Shown: positions 24,590-35,951 of the stretch, piece after piece
Layout: every line of letters begins with the position of its first letter
Position numbering within the stretch: position 1 is the stretch's first letter
From: Macrostomum lignano
Lineage: Eukaryota
Reading direction: 5' to 3'
DNA length: 50,297 nucleotides
Assembly: GCA_002269645.1 (NCBI GenBank)
Contig: NIVC01003455.1
Location: 1-50,297, forward strand
Notes under the pieces: generated by a model
What the model was told of the DNA's origin: nothing
What the model saw: the letters and a program-made list of their open reading frames with translations, nothing else
The model's database searches: none
Program-made: the position numbers and the translations under genes

Positions 24590-25000
24590 ATGCTTCGGCC
24601 TGGCAACAAAAAGAAACGCCGTATCCTGATGCTCGACCAGCTTCCCTCGGTTATTCTCGCTCGAGTATTTTCCTATTTGAACCAGCAGACCCTGCTAGAG
24701 TGCATGCTAGTGTGCAAGTCATGGCACACATTGATATTAAGCGAACCGCAGTGCTGGCGCTCGCTGAGAATTTGCACTAGCGATCTGACCGATGCTTTAG
24801 TTGGACAACTGTGCACCGGAGTCTGTCCGGGACTTGTCAGGTTAGAGATCTACTCAGCTGATTGGCCAGAGCCACCACAGCAGCCAGGGCTGGATCGCAA
24901 TGCTAGGAAAGCGCTTGTTAGGCGCCTGTTCAAGTCTTCGGAATCATTGAAATCGTTCAGTTTAAGACTGAGCTGTTCTAGGCATAGTAATGCTATAAAG
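24590..25000 (+). CDS. F-box/LRR protein (FBXL-type), exon 1 (F-box)
   Basis: LDQLPSVILARVFSYLNQQTLLECMLVCKSWHTLI is an F-box consensus. Basic KKKRR motif precedes it. Donor AAG|GTATGA at 25001. Confidence 0.92.
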
Positions 25001-25104
25001 GTATGATATGTAGAGTTTGATATTCTCATTTTATTAAGTATTGATGCCAAATATCTTCTAGATAGTCTAGGAATTATCTAAACAAATCATTAGCAATCAT
25101 CCAT

Positions 25105-25400
25105 AAATCTCACTAAGAACTTTTAAAAAATCTCAATGAGAATCGACTGAAAATCTCGTTGAGAATCGTCTGAAAACCTCATTGAAAGTCGTCTAGAAAT
25201 CTCAATGAAAATGGTCTGATAATCTCAATGAGAATAATTTAAAAATCTCATTGAGAATCGTCTGATAATCTCAATGAGAATTGTCTGAAAATCTCAGTGA
25301 GAATTGTCTGAAAATCTCAGTGAGAATTGTCTGAAAATCTCAATGAGAATCGTCTTATAAATCTTGCTAAGAAATCGTCTTGAAATCTCACCGACAATGT
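25105..25400. repeat. ~22-bp repeat with palindromic core (AAAATCTCAATGAGAATCGTCTG) in F-box intron 1
   Basis: ATCTCA-N-TGAGA core recurs about 12 times. Confidence 0.85.
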
Positions 25401-25477
25401 CCCTAAATCTCTAGAGAACATTAGACAAATCTTTGGAAGACTGTCTTTAATCGTTTTGAAAATCTTCTACCAAACAG

Positions 25478-25783
25478 ACAAGTCGGTCGGGCAGTGTCGG
25501 TGGCGGCAGCGGCGGCGGCACCAGTGTCGATTGGCTGTCGCCCGACACCATTCTGAGTCAGCTGGCGCGCAAAGGCGGTCGCGCTAGCACGCTGCATTCA
25601 CTGACGCTGCGCGCCGAACGGCTGACAGACTCGGGAGTGAAAAAACTCACCGGCGGTGCCGGGTGCGCGCAGCTGCGGCGGCTGCACCTGACGGCCTGTC
25701 ATCGGCTGACTGACTCGGCCCTGGCTGGCCTGACCGCATCTGCGCCTTTGCTGCACTGCCTGCACATTGTTGACTGTCCGCTG
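25478..25783 (+). CDS. F-box/LRR protein, exon 2 (cysteine-containing LRRs)
   Basis: ACAG|ACA acceptor, CTG|GTGAGC donor, phase 0-0. Encodes LRRLHLTACHRLTDSALAGL. Confidence 0.88.
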
Positions 25784-25859
25784 GTGAGCACCGGGCTGGG
25801 GAGACGCAGCGGTGCTTGTTTCCACTGGTTTTTTATAGTCACATGTTACAGCCTCTTAG

Positions 25860-26870
25860 ATCTTCAGGTTGAGCTGTCATTACTGATTCTCAGTTGCTGA
25901 GCCAATCTCCCAGATCCTCAGTTGCTGAGCCAATCTCCCAGTTCCTTAGTTGCTGGGCCAATCTCCCAGATCCTTAGTTGCTGGGCCAGCCTCCCAGATC
26001 CTCTGTTGCTGTGCCACCAGCCTCCCAGATCCTCAGTTGCTGGGCCACCAGCCTCCCAGATCCTTAGTTGCTGTGCCACCAGCCTTCCAGATCCTCAGTT
26101 GCTGGGCCAGCCTCCCAGATCCTCAGTTGCTGGGCCAGCCTCCCAGATTCTCAGTTGCTGGGCCAGCCTCCCAGATCTATAGTTGCTGGGCCAGCCTCCC
26201 AGATCTATAGTTGCTGAGCCAGCCTCCCAGATCCTCAGTTGCTGGGCCAGCCTCCCAGGTCCTCAGTTGCTGGGCCAGACTCCCAGATCAGTTGCTGTGC
26301 CACCAGCCTCCCAGATCCTCAGTTGCTGGGCCACCAGCCTCCCAGATTCTCAGTTGCTGGGCCAGCCTCCCAGATCTATAGTTGCTGGGCCAGCCTCCCA
26401 GATCTATAGTTGCTGAGCCAGCCTCCCAGATCCTCAGTTGCTGGGCCAGCCTCCCAGGTCCTCAGTTGCTGGGCCAGACTCCCAGATCCTCAGTTGCTGT
26501 GCCACCAGCCTCCCAGATCCTCAGTTGCTGGGCCACCAGCCTCCCAGATCCTTAGTTGCTGTGCCACCAGCCTCCCAGATCCTCAGTTGCTGGGCCACCA
26601 GCCTCCCAGATTCTCAGTTGCTGGGCCAGCCTCCCAGATCTATAGTTGCTGGGCCAGCCTCCCAGATCTATAGTTGCTGAGCCAGCCTCCCAGATCCTCA
26701 GTTGCTGGGCCAGCCTCCCAGATCCTCAGTTGCTGGGCCAGCCTCCCAGATCCTCAGTTGCTGGGCCAGCCTCCCAGATCTTCTGTTGCTGGGCCAGCCT
26801 ACCAGATCCTCAGTTGCTGGGCCACCAGCTTCCCAGATCTTCTGTTGCTGGGCCAGCCTCCCAGCCCCCA
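25860..26870 (+). repeat. 28-bp minisatellite (CCTCCCAGATCCTCAGTTGCTGGGCCAG) in F-box intron 2
   Basis: Tandem units with 31/32-bp variants. Confidence 0.96.
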
Positions 26871-27033
26871 GACTTGCTACGAGTACTAATGCCATCAAAC
26901 TGTCAGATCCTCGAACTACCTGATCCCCAAACTTTCAGATCACAGAACTCACTAAGACTTTCCACGCGCCTCTCATTAGTATCTACAGTGGATGCAACAA
27001 ACACGCACAACCGCCCCCCCCCCGCTCCTCCAG

Positions 27034-27343
27034 ATATCTGAGCGCGGGCTGCAGCGCCTATCCAGTGGCCGCGGCAAAGACGGCGGAAACGCGGCCTGCT
27101 GCCTTCGCGAGCTGACTTTTGCCGGTCAGCACCGGCTGGCGGATCAGGCCAAGGCCGCCCGCGTTATCGGCGACATCGGCAGCTGCCTTGAACGATTGTC
27201 TTTGGACAGCTGCTCGCCGCACTGCACCCTGTCCTGTGATCAGTCCATGCTGGGCGGATTTCAGTGCCTGACCCAGCTGAGACTGACGGCTCTGTGCTTC
27301 ATTGGCGATCCGGGGCTCGCGGTGCTGGCCAAGTGCTGTCCTG
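27034..27343 (+). CDS. F-box/LRR protein, exon 3
   Basis: CCAG|ATA acceptor, G|GTGAGT donor, phase 0-1. Encodes ISERGLQRL...LTQLRLTALCFIGDPGLAVLAKCCP. Confidence 0.88.
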
Positions 27344-27399
27344 GTGAGTCATTAGCGCAGTCACTTTCCTGTGCTGCTGGTTGCTCGGTTATGGGTCTT

Positions 27400-28112
27400 G
27401 GGGATCTGGGAGGCAGTGGCCCAGCAACAGAAGATCTGGGAGGCTGGCCCAGCAACTGAGGATCTGGGAGGCTGGCCCAGCAACTGAGGATCTGAGAGGC
27501 TGGCCCAGCAACTGAGGATCTGGGAGGCTGGCCCAGCAACTGAGGATCTGGGAGGCTGGCCCAGCAACTGAGGATCTGAGAGGCTGGCCCAGCAACTGAG
27601 GATCTGGGAGGCTGGCCCAGCAACTGAGGATCTGGGAGGCTGCCCCAGCAACTGAGGATCTGGGAGGCTGGTGGCACAGCAACTGAGAATCTGGGAGGCT
27701 GGTGGCACAGCAACTGAGAATCTGGGAGGCTGGTGGCACAGCAACTGAGAATCTGCGAGGCTGGTGGCCCAGCAACTGAGAATCTGGGAGGCTGGCCCAG
27801 CAACTGAGGATCTGGGAGGCTGGCCCAGAAGCTGAGAATCTGGGAGGCTGGCCCAGAAGCTGAGGGTCTGGGAGGCTGGCCCAGAAGCTGAGGATCTGGG
27901 AGGCTGGCCCAGAAGCTGAGGGTCTGGGAGGCTGGCCCAGAAGCTGAGGATCTGGGAGGCTGGCCCAGAAGCTGAGGATCTGGGATGCTGGACCAGCAAC
28001 TGAGGATCTGGGAGGCTGGCCCAGCAACTGAGAATCTGGGAAGCTGGACCAGCAACTGAGGATCTGGGAGGCTGGCCCAGAAGCTGAGAATCTGGAAGGC
28101 TGGCCCACTGCA
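27400..28112 (-). repeat. Same 28-bp minisatellite, reverse orientation, in F-box intron 3
   Basis: CTGGGAGGCTGGCCCAGCAACTGAGGAT is the reverse complement of the intron-2 unit. Confidence 0.96.
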
Positions 28113-28159
28113 GCCAATGCGTTACACATTACCATATCCAAATCGCACTGTACCGCAAG

Positions 28160-28803
28160 GCCTTCGCATCCTGGAGCTGCTCTGCGGCCCCACTAATCAC
28201 TGCATCACGGACCTGGGCGCAGCAGTATTGGCCTCAGTCGCAGTCAGCCACAGGACAGCTGCGGCAGCGTCAGCGGCGGTTTCGCCGTCAGCTGCTGAGT
28301 CAACTGGCCTGCAAGAGCTCACCCTGCCGTGCAATCTGCTCACGCCTAAAGGTTACCACAGCCTGGGCAGTCTGGGACCGGGCCTAGCTAAACTGTGCCT
28401 GAGGTACTGCTCAGCCGGTGCAGACCGAGGCATGGCCACGATGCCTCTGAGCCTGACTGGATTGCGGCATCTGGAGGCCACCGCCTCGGCCAGATGCGGT
28501 GGCGAAGAGGCTGCCCTTTTCGCCGGACTAGAGATGACTCGTCTAGTGGAATGTTGCGCCAGTAATCTGCGCATACTTCGAGTGGTGTCCAATTGCGATC
28601 AGCACGGAGCCGGAGGCGGAGGCGGCAACGGCTCTGTAGGCTTGGGCCCGGCTGCGCTGGCTAAAGCGGCCGCACTGTTGAGCTTAGCGGAACTTCGCGA
28701 GCTCACTCTGTGCCCGTGCGACTCGCTAACTGAGACTTGCGTAGCCCAACTGTTGCGGGCCTGTCCCCAGCTTAGGCACGTTAGCCTGGGACCTGATATT
28801 AAG
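28160..28803 (+). CDS. F-box/LRR protein, exon 4
   Basis: CAAG|GC phase-1 acceptor, AAG|GTGAGA donor. Encodes GLRILELLCGPTNHCITDLG...LTETCVAQLLRACPQLRHVSL. Confidence 0.88.
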
Positions 28804-28847
28804 GTGAGAGGTTTATTTATTGATTTAGTTGCACTTTCTTAATGCCG

Positions 28848-30445
28848 GATCCCATCCCTAATCGGCAAATTCCATCCCTAATCCGTAGATTCCATCCCTA
28901 ATCCGTAGATTCCATCCCTAATCCGTAGATTCCATCCCTAATCCGTAGATTCCATCCCTAATCCGTAGATTCCATCCCTAATCCGTAGATTCCATCCCTA
29001 ATCGGTAGATTCCATGCCTAATCGGTAAATTCCATCCCTAATCCGTAGATTCCATCCCTAATCGGCAAATTCCATCCCTAATCCGTAGATTCCATCCCTA
29101 ATCCGTAGATTCCATCCCTAATCCGTAGATTCCATCCCTAATCCGTAGATTCCATCCCTAATCCGTAGATTCCATCCCTAATCCGTAGATTCCATCCCTA
29201 ATCCGTAGATTCCATCCCTAATCCGTAGATTCCATCCCTAATCCGTAGATTCCATCCCTAATCCGTAGATTCCATTCCCAAACGACTGATCCCATCCCTA
29301 ATCCACTTATCCCATCCCTAATCGACTGATCCCATCCCTAATCGGCATATCCCATCCCTAATCGGCATATCCCATCCCTAATCGGCATATCCCATCTCTA
29401 ATCGGTAGATTCCATTACCAAACGACTGATACCATCCCTAATCCAATCCCTAATCGACTGATCCAATCCCTAATCGACTGATCCCATCCCTAATCGGCAT
29501 ATCCCATCCCTAATCCAATCCCTAATCGACTGATCCCATCCCTAATCGACTGATCCCATCCCTAATCGACTGATCCCATCCCTAATCGGTAGATTCCATC
29601 CCTTATCGAGTGATCCCATCCCTAATCGGTAGATTCCATCCCTAATCGACTGATCCCATTCCTAATCGACTGATCCCATACCTTATCGAGTGATTCCACC
29701 CTCATAACTTAGATTCCACTCTTACAGAGACCGATCGTTTTCGTATTAGCCAGATCCCATTCTCATTAGCCAGATCCCATTCTCATTAGCCAGATCCCAT
29801 CCTCATTAGCCAGATCCCATTCTCATTAGCCAGATCACATCCTGATTAGCCAGATTCCATTCTCATTAGCCAGATCCCATCCTCATTAGCCAGATCCCAT
29901 CCTCATTAGCCAGATCCCATCCTCATTAGCCAGATCCCATCCTGATTAGCCAGATTCCATTCTCATTAGCCAGATCCCATTCTCATTAGCCAGATCCCAT
30001 CCTCATTAGCCAGATCCCATTCTCATTAGCCAGATCCCATTCTCATTAGCCAGATCCCATCCTGATTAGCCAGATTCCATTCTCATTAGCCAGATCCCAT
30101 TCTCATTAGCCAGATTCTATCGTTAGCCAGATCCCATTCTCATTAGCTAGATCCCATTATCCCAATTAGCCAGATCCCAATATCCCAAATAGCCAGATCC
30201 CATTATCCCAATTAGCCAGATACCATTATCTCAATTAGCCAGATCCCATTATCCCAATTGGCCAGATCCCATTACCCCAATTAGCCAGATTCCATTATCC
30301 TAATTAGCCAGATCCCATTATCCCAATTAGCCAGATGTCATCTTAATTAGCCAGATGCCATCCTTATTAGCCAGATGCCATCCCTATTAGCCAGATGCCA
30401 TCCCAATTAGCCAGACCCTATCCTCATGTGCCAGACCCCATCCTT
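28848..30445. repeat. Compound minisatellite in F-box intron 4: 20-bp CCATCCCTAATCCGTAGATT, then 20-bp CCCATTCTCATTAGCCAGAT, then 23-bp variant
   Basis: Successive blocks visible directly. Confidence 0.95.
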
Positions 30446-30489
30446 AATAGCCATACCCCAACCCCCCAAACAACCGCATTTGTGCGCAG

Positions 30490-30999
30490 GTAAGCCAGGT
30501 ATCCATCAGGCTGATGATCCGCGACACAAACCTGTCAATTGTTCGGCCCCTAATTGGCTGGTACCTTCGCTCCGACACAATCTGCTACCGGGACCTGCTG
30601 CATCTGGAACTGATACAAGCCATTCGACCGGAAAGATTTTGCTTCATAACGGACAACTTGTTGACCTTTATTGGTCAGAGGTGTCCGAGTCTGAGACTGT
30701 TGAGATTGGAACCGTGCACTCTAGTCACTGATCAGGGTATTAGGATGCTGGCTCCTTGTCGGAGACTGCAACGACTGCATCTGAGCGGCTGTGAGCAGCT
30801 CACGGACGAAGCCCTTCGAGCTATTGAAGAATCGCCTGGCTCGCGCAATTTAAAAGTGCTAGTACTGGAGGGCTGCTCCAGGATTGAGAACAGTAGGAAG
30901 GCTGCTGAGAGACTGCAGAAATCCCTGGTTAGACTTGACCAGTGCCTGCTGCGACAGGACAGCGGCACTGGTGACTGTGCTCAATGCTGCCTGCTCTAG
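30490..30999 (+). CDS. F-box/LRR protein, exon 5 (terminal)
   Basis: GCAG|GTA acceptor (in-frame alternative 9 nt later). Encodes CPSLRLLRLEPCTLVTDQGIRMLAPCRRLQRLHLSGCEQLTDEAL. Five exons total 2181 nt (726 aa). Confidence 0.88.
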   Translation, partial: VSQVSIRLMIRDTNLSIVRPLIGWYLRSDTICYRDLLHLELIQAIRPERFCFITDNLLTFIGQRCPSLRLLRLEPCTLVTDQGIRMLAPCRRLQRLHLSGCEQLTDEALRAIEESPGSRNLKVLVLEGCSRIENSRKAAERLQKSLVRLDQCLLRQDSGTGDCAQCCLL

Positions 31000-31454
31000 T
31001 TTGTGCTCATCTTTTTTGGCCTATACTATTTCGCTAGAATGACGTATTCAGTATCATAGGCTCGAATCTTTTTTTTCAACACAAAATTGTCAATTTCAAG
31101 TCGTCTGACTCTCGCAACTGGGACCGTGTGTGAGCGTGTGTGTGTGTGAAAAGTTCAAATTACCTTTTTAGAGAAGATTCTGTTGATAGTTGAAAAGTGT
31201 CAGTCTAAAAATTTGGTGCATTTTAGAGAGACTGTGAGTCTTCAAATTAGTTTTTATGTAATACGTAATTTAAAAATTGTTATTTCGTCTTTTTTTAATC
31301 TCAAGTTCTCCTTGCTACTCAATCTGTAAGTAGTAAATAAGTGTGATATATTGAGTTGTTATTGAGTTATATTTTGTGTGTAAGCAATATAAGCTATTTA
31401 ACTTATGTATTTTAGGACAGACCCCCTACTCCACTCTTTACCACTCCGGCTGGT

Positions 31455-32110
31455 TCCTCGTCTATTGACCTAAATCCTAACCCTAACATTAATCATCTAT
31501 ATCTAACCTAAATTATAACTCCAATTTAAACCCTACCTAAATCCCAACGTAAACCTAAATCCTAGCCTAAACCTAAACCCTACCTAAATCCTAGCCTAAA
31601 CCTAAAGCCTAAGGGGGGCCGTAGCCCAGCGGTAGCGCAGCTGCTCTGGTGTGCCAGCGACCCAGGCTCGATTCCAAGTGCAGTCACATTAATTTGGGGC
31701 TGAATTGGAATCTCGGCTTGGCTCTGCTCGTGCAATTAACGGCCTTGAGAGCCAACCCCCCAGGCGCAGTGAAGTGTACATGCCTAACGATAATATAAAG
31801 TTAGGGCCGCTGTACACTCCTGTGTGAGTGTGTGCCTGCGTACGTATCCGCGCGCTTGTATGCCTGCTCAGGGGAGTCTGCGGAATGGGCAGCAATGCCT
31901 CTCGCCGGTTGTGTGCCTATGTCGCTTAAAGTGCGCCAGGGTGCACACAACCCCCCTGCCTCTACTAAAAGAATAACCTAAAGCCTAACCTTAACCCTAC
32001 GTAAATCCTAACCTAAAACGTAAAGCCTTACCTAAATCTAACCTTAACCTAAACCCTACCTAAACGGAAACCCTAACCTAAATTCTAGCCATAACCTAAA
32101 CCCTAATTTA
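31455..32110. repeat. Degenerate telomere-like (CCTAA/CCCTAA) repeat interrupted by the SINE
   Basis: CCTAAC, CCTAAA and CCCTAA runs on both sides of 31613-31974. Confidence 0.8.
31613..31974 (+). mobile_element. tRNA-derived SINE, 362 bp
   Basis: Head GGGGGGCCGTAGCCCAGCGG (A box) ... GGCTCGATTCC (B box). Exact 14-bp TSD AACCTAAAGCCTAA at 31599-31612 and 31975-31988. Confidence 0.85.
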
Positions 32111-33039
32111 AATAATGAAAAGAACAAACACATTCTTATTTGCTACTGAACTGAAAGTAGTGAATAGTGAATCTCTATGAAGCAGCAAGTTTGTCTGTCC
32201 TTTTCCTTGTTATAAAACTAATAATTAGATCTTTATATTATAGCAAGCCGTTATGCTTCAAATGTGTCATTTCGAGTGCAATAAAATTAATACCAATACA
32301 CACCTTTTTCCTTTTTGACAACTTTTTTTTAAAAATATTGCTATGCATATAATGCTTTTTAGAGTTGTAGGGATATTTTACCATATTAATTATGCTTTAC
32401 TTTACCAATTGGTAGAATTTTGATGTGTTTTCCTCTTCGAAATTCTTCATTTCCATCTAGTCCTGATAATATTTTTATAGTTGTTGTATTTTATTTTTTA
32501 TGTTGTTGCGTAAGGTTTTTATCAATTTGTTTCGATAATATTTTTAATCTCAATTATTCGACATGTGTCTCTCATATCCTTGTTTAAATTCTGTGTTATT
32601 TCATTTAACTTTAATAATTTTATTTATGTAGAAACCGAATTTCGAGTCAGTTTACAAGCTGTCAAAGCATTTTCCTCTGTGTTAAATTGTGTTCTTGATA
32701 AATAATTAATATATATGCGTTTTTTTCTGCCTTTTCTGTCAAAAAAATATTGCAAAATTTGCACAATACTACTTGCTTATGAGGTTTGGCTAATAAGTAG
32801 TATATATGGCGTTAATGTATGCGTCTGATTTTCAATTTCGCGAGTAGTATTTATGTAGTAGAGAGAATTTTCACTTCGTATTTTTACCTAAAGCGAACAC
32901 GTGCTAATTAGTTAATGCATGTTGACAATAATTATTGATTTGCATGACTTGCTTGCACCAGCTGTGCGCTTTTATTGCTGAATTATTTGGTATTTTTTAT
33001 TGCAGTTCATATTTGCCTCCTGCGAGTTTTACTATAAAT

Positions 33040-34099
33040 CAGGGGTCGGCAAACTCCAGCTCGCCAAGCCTCTCTGTCCGGCCCTATGGGTCCTTTAACA
33101 ATTCACAATAGCAATCCGGCCCTCTCAAGACTTGTGTTCTCAGCTCTCTTCTCCCCTCTCTTCCCTCTCTCCCCTCCCCCTCTCCTCTCTCCCCTCCCCC
33201 CTCTCCTCTCCTCTCTCCACTCCTTCCTATCTCCTCTCCCTCTCCCCTTTCTCCCCTCTCCCCTCTCCCCTCTCCCCTCTCTCCCCTCCCCCCTCTCCTC
33301 TCTCCCCTCCCCCTCTCCTCTCCTCTCTCCACTCCTTCCTATCTCCTCTCCCTCTCCCCTCTCCCCTCTCTCCCTTTCTCCCCTCTCCCCTCTCTCCCCT
33401 CCCCCCTCTCCTCTCTCCCCTCCCCCTCTCCTCTCCTCTCTCCACTCCTTCCTATTTCCTCTCCCTCTCCCCTCTCCCCTCTCTCCCCTTTCTCCCCTCT
33501 CCCCTCTCCCCTCTCTCCCCTCCCCCCTCTCCTCTCTCCGCTCCTTCCTATCTCCTCTCTCCCCTCTCTCCCCTCTCCCCTCTCTACCCTCTCCCCTCTA
33601 CCCTCTCCCTTCTTCCCTCTCCCCTCTTCCCTCTCCCCCTTTTCCCCTCCCGTCTCCTCTTCTCTCTTATCTCCCCTCTCTCCTCTCTCCTCTCCCCCCT
33701 CTCCTCTCCTCTCTCCCTCTTCCCTCTCCCCCCTCTCCCCTCTCTCCTCTCCCCCCTCTCCTCTCCTCTCTCCGCTCCTTCCTCTCTCCCTCTTCCTTCT
33801 CCCCCCTCCCCCTCTCCCCCCTCTCCCCTCTCCCCTCTCCCCCTCTCCCCTCTCCCCTCTCCCCTCTCCCCTCTTCCCTCTCCCGTCTCCTCTCCTCTCT
33901 TATCTCCCCTCTCTCCTCTCTCCTCCCCCCTCTTCTCTCTTCCCTTTTTTCTCCTCTTCTATCTTTTCTTTCATCCCATCTTTCGTTTCTCCTCTCTTCT
34001 CTCATATCTTCGCTCGTATTCTATTCTCTCTCCTTTCCACTCTCATCTGGCCCGCAGCCATAAATTCTCTATCTGTCTCTAAAAGTTTGCCGACCCCTG
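33040..34099. mobile_element. hAT-type non-autonomous element containing a ~900-bp CT-rich expansion
   Basis: Perfect 16-bp TIRs CAGGGGTCGGCAAACT / AGTTTGCCGACCCCTG. 8-bp TSD CTATAAAT / CTATAATT. Confidence 0.92.
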
Positions 34100-34759
34100 C
34101 TATAATTGTCAGCCTAATCTCTATAGTGTCTCCGTTTTAATTATTGTTTCCTTTAAAAATCTATAATTATCATAACTTTAAAATGACTAATAGATTAAGG
34201 ACGATTTTTGAAGTATTAGTAGTGTCTAACTAATAGCTGTTTAATTAATAATGGTAAAATTCTATAGAAAATCGCCAAAAAATAATCAATAATTATATAC
34301 GAATGCATATTACTATAAGTAGCATTACAAATACGAGCGTATATACAAGTTTTTCTTCTAGCACTCAAATAGTGAAGTTTTATTCACATGTGCAACATCT
34401 ATTTAATTATGATAATACTAAGTGTTGCACTGTTCTGTTTCTTTTAGTTGTATTTAATGTTATACTACTTTTGCTAATGTTATATTTTACTAAGATGCAG
34501 GTGGATGGAATGCACTGATTATCATCTCAGTGAATGAAAAGTAATATTTTGCAAGCTATTAGAAAGTTAAATAGCAGAATCGTTAAAAAAACTGTTTGAA
34601 AGTGTTTTTGCGATTAAAATTGATTTAAATAAATAAACAATAAGTGGTTGGATTGCATGTAGACTATGTTTACGCGTATTAAGCCTATTTTTTGTTTACT
34701 GTTTATTTGAAAATCGTTGCAGAATTGAATAACGACTAATTCAAATATAATTAGACAGG

Positions 34760-35855
34760 TAAATTGGATTGTGACAGATAGTGATAGATTAGTGACAGGT
34801 GGGGATAGATTAGTGACAGGTGGGGATAGATTAGTGACAGGTGGGGATAGATTAGTGACAGGTGGGGATAGATTAGTGACAGGTGGGGATAGATTAGTGA
34901 CAGGTGGGGATAGATTAGTGACAAGTGGGGATAGATAAGTGACAGGTGGGGATAGATTAGTGACAAGTGGGGATAGATTAGTGACAGGTGGGGATAGATT
35001 AGTGACAAGTGGGGATAGATAAGTGACAGGTGGGGATAGATTAGTGACAAGTGGGGATAGATTAGTGACAAGTGGGGATAGATTAGTGACAGGTGGGGAT
35101 AGATTAGTGACAGGTGGGGATATATTAGTGACAGGTGGGGATAGATTAGTGACAGATGGGGATAGATTAGTGACAGGTGGGGATAGATTAGTGACAGGTG
35201 GGGATAGATTAGTGACAGGTGGGGATAGATTAGTGACAGGTGGGGATAGATTAGTGACAGGTGGGGATAGATTAGTGACAGGTGGGGATAGATTACTGAC
35301 AAGTGGGGATAGATTAGTGACAGGTGGGGATAGATTAGTGACAGGTGGGGATAGATTAGTGACAAGTGGGGATAGATTAGTGACAGTTGGGGATAGATTA
35401 GTGACAGGTGGGGATAAATTAGTGACAGGTGGGGATAGATTAGTGACAGATGGGGATAGATTAAAGACAAGTGGGGATAGATTAGTGACAAGTGGGGATA
35501 GATTAGTGACAGGTGGGGATAGATTAGTGACATTGGGGATAGATTAGTGACAAGTGGGGATAGATTAGTGACAGATGGGGATAGATTAGTGACAGATGGG
35601 GATAGATAGTGACAGGTGCGGATAGATTAGTGACAAGTGGGGATAGATTAGTGACAGGTGGGGATAGATTAGTGACATTGGGGATAGATTAGTGACAGGT
35701 GGGGATAGATTAGTGACAGATGGGGATAGATTAGTGACAGGTGGGGATAGATTAGTGACAGATGGGGATAGATTAGTGACAGATGGGAATAGATCAGTGA
35801 CAGGTGGGGATAGATCAGTGACAGGTGCTGACAGATCAGTGACAGATTAGTGACT
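34760..35855. repeat. 21-bp minisatellite (GATTAGTGACAGGTGGGGATA), ~50 copies, upstream of the RRM gene acceptor
   Basis: Tandem units; 7-aa periodic ORFs. Confidence 0.97.
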
Positions 35856-35951
35856 CATAGGCGCACCCTAACCTGAACGATTGCAGCGCATTCGGATTAA
35901 GAGATTATCAGTTCTCTCAACTCTCAGTTGACGGCCCCGAAATTCAACATC

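Noticed and set aside
31613-31690. Functional tRNA gene
   Set aside because: A and B boxes are present, but I could not form a clean acceptor stem, and the head is fused to a 290-bp body bounded by a TSD, so it is a SINE.
34751-35547. Long periodic ORFs (SLIYPHL)n and (TGGDRLV)n, and similar ORFs at 366-1176, 6070-6727, 25922-28141, 33086-34082, 38341-39369, 40575-41367, 44271-44874 and 47346-48819
   Set aside because: They are stop-free translations of tandem repeats, lie mostly in introns, and lack splice or homology support.
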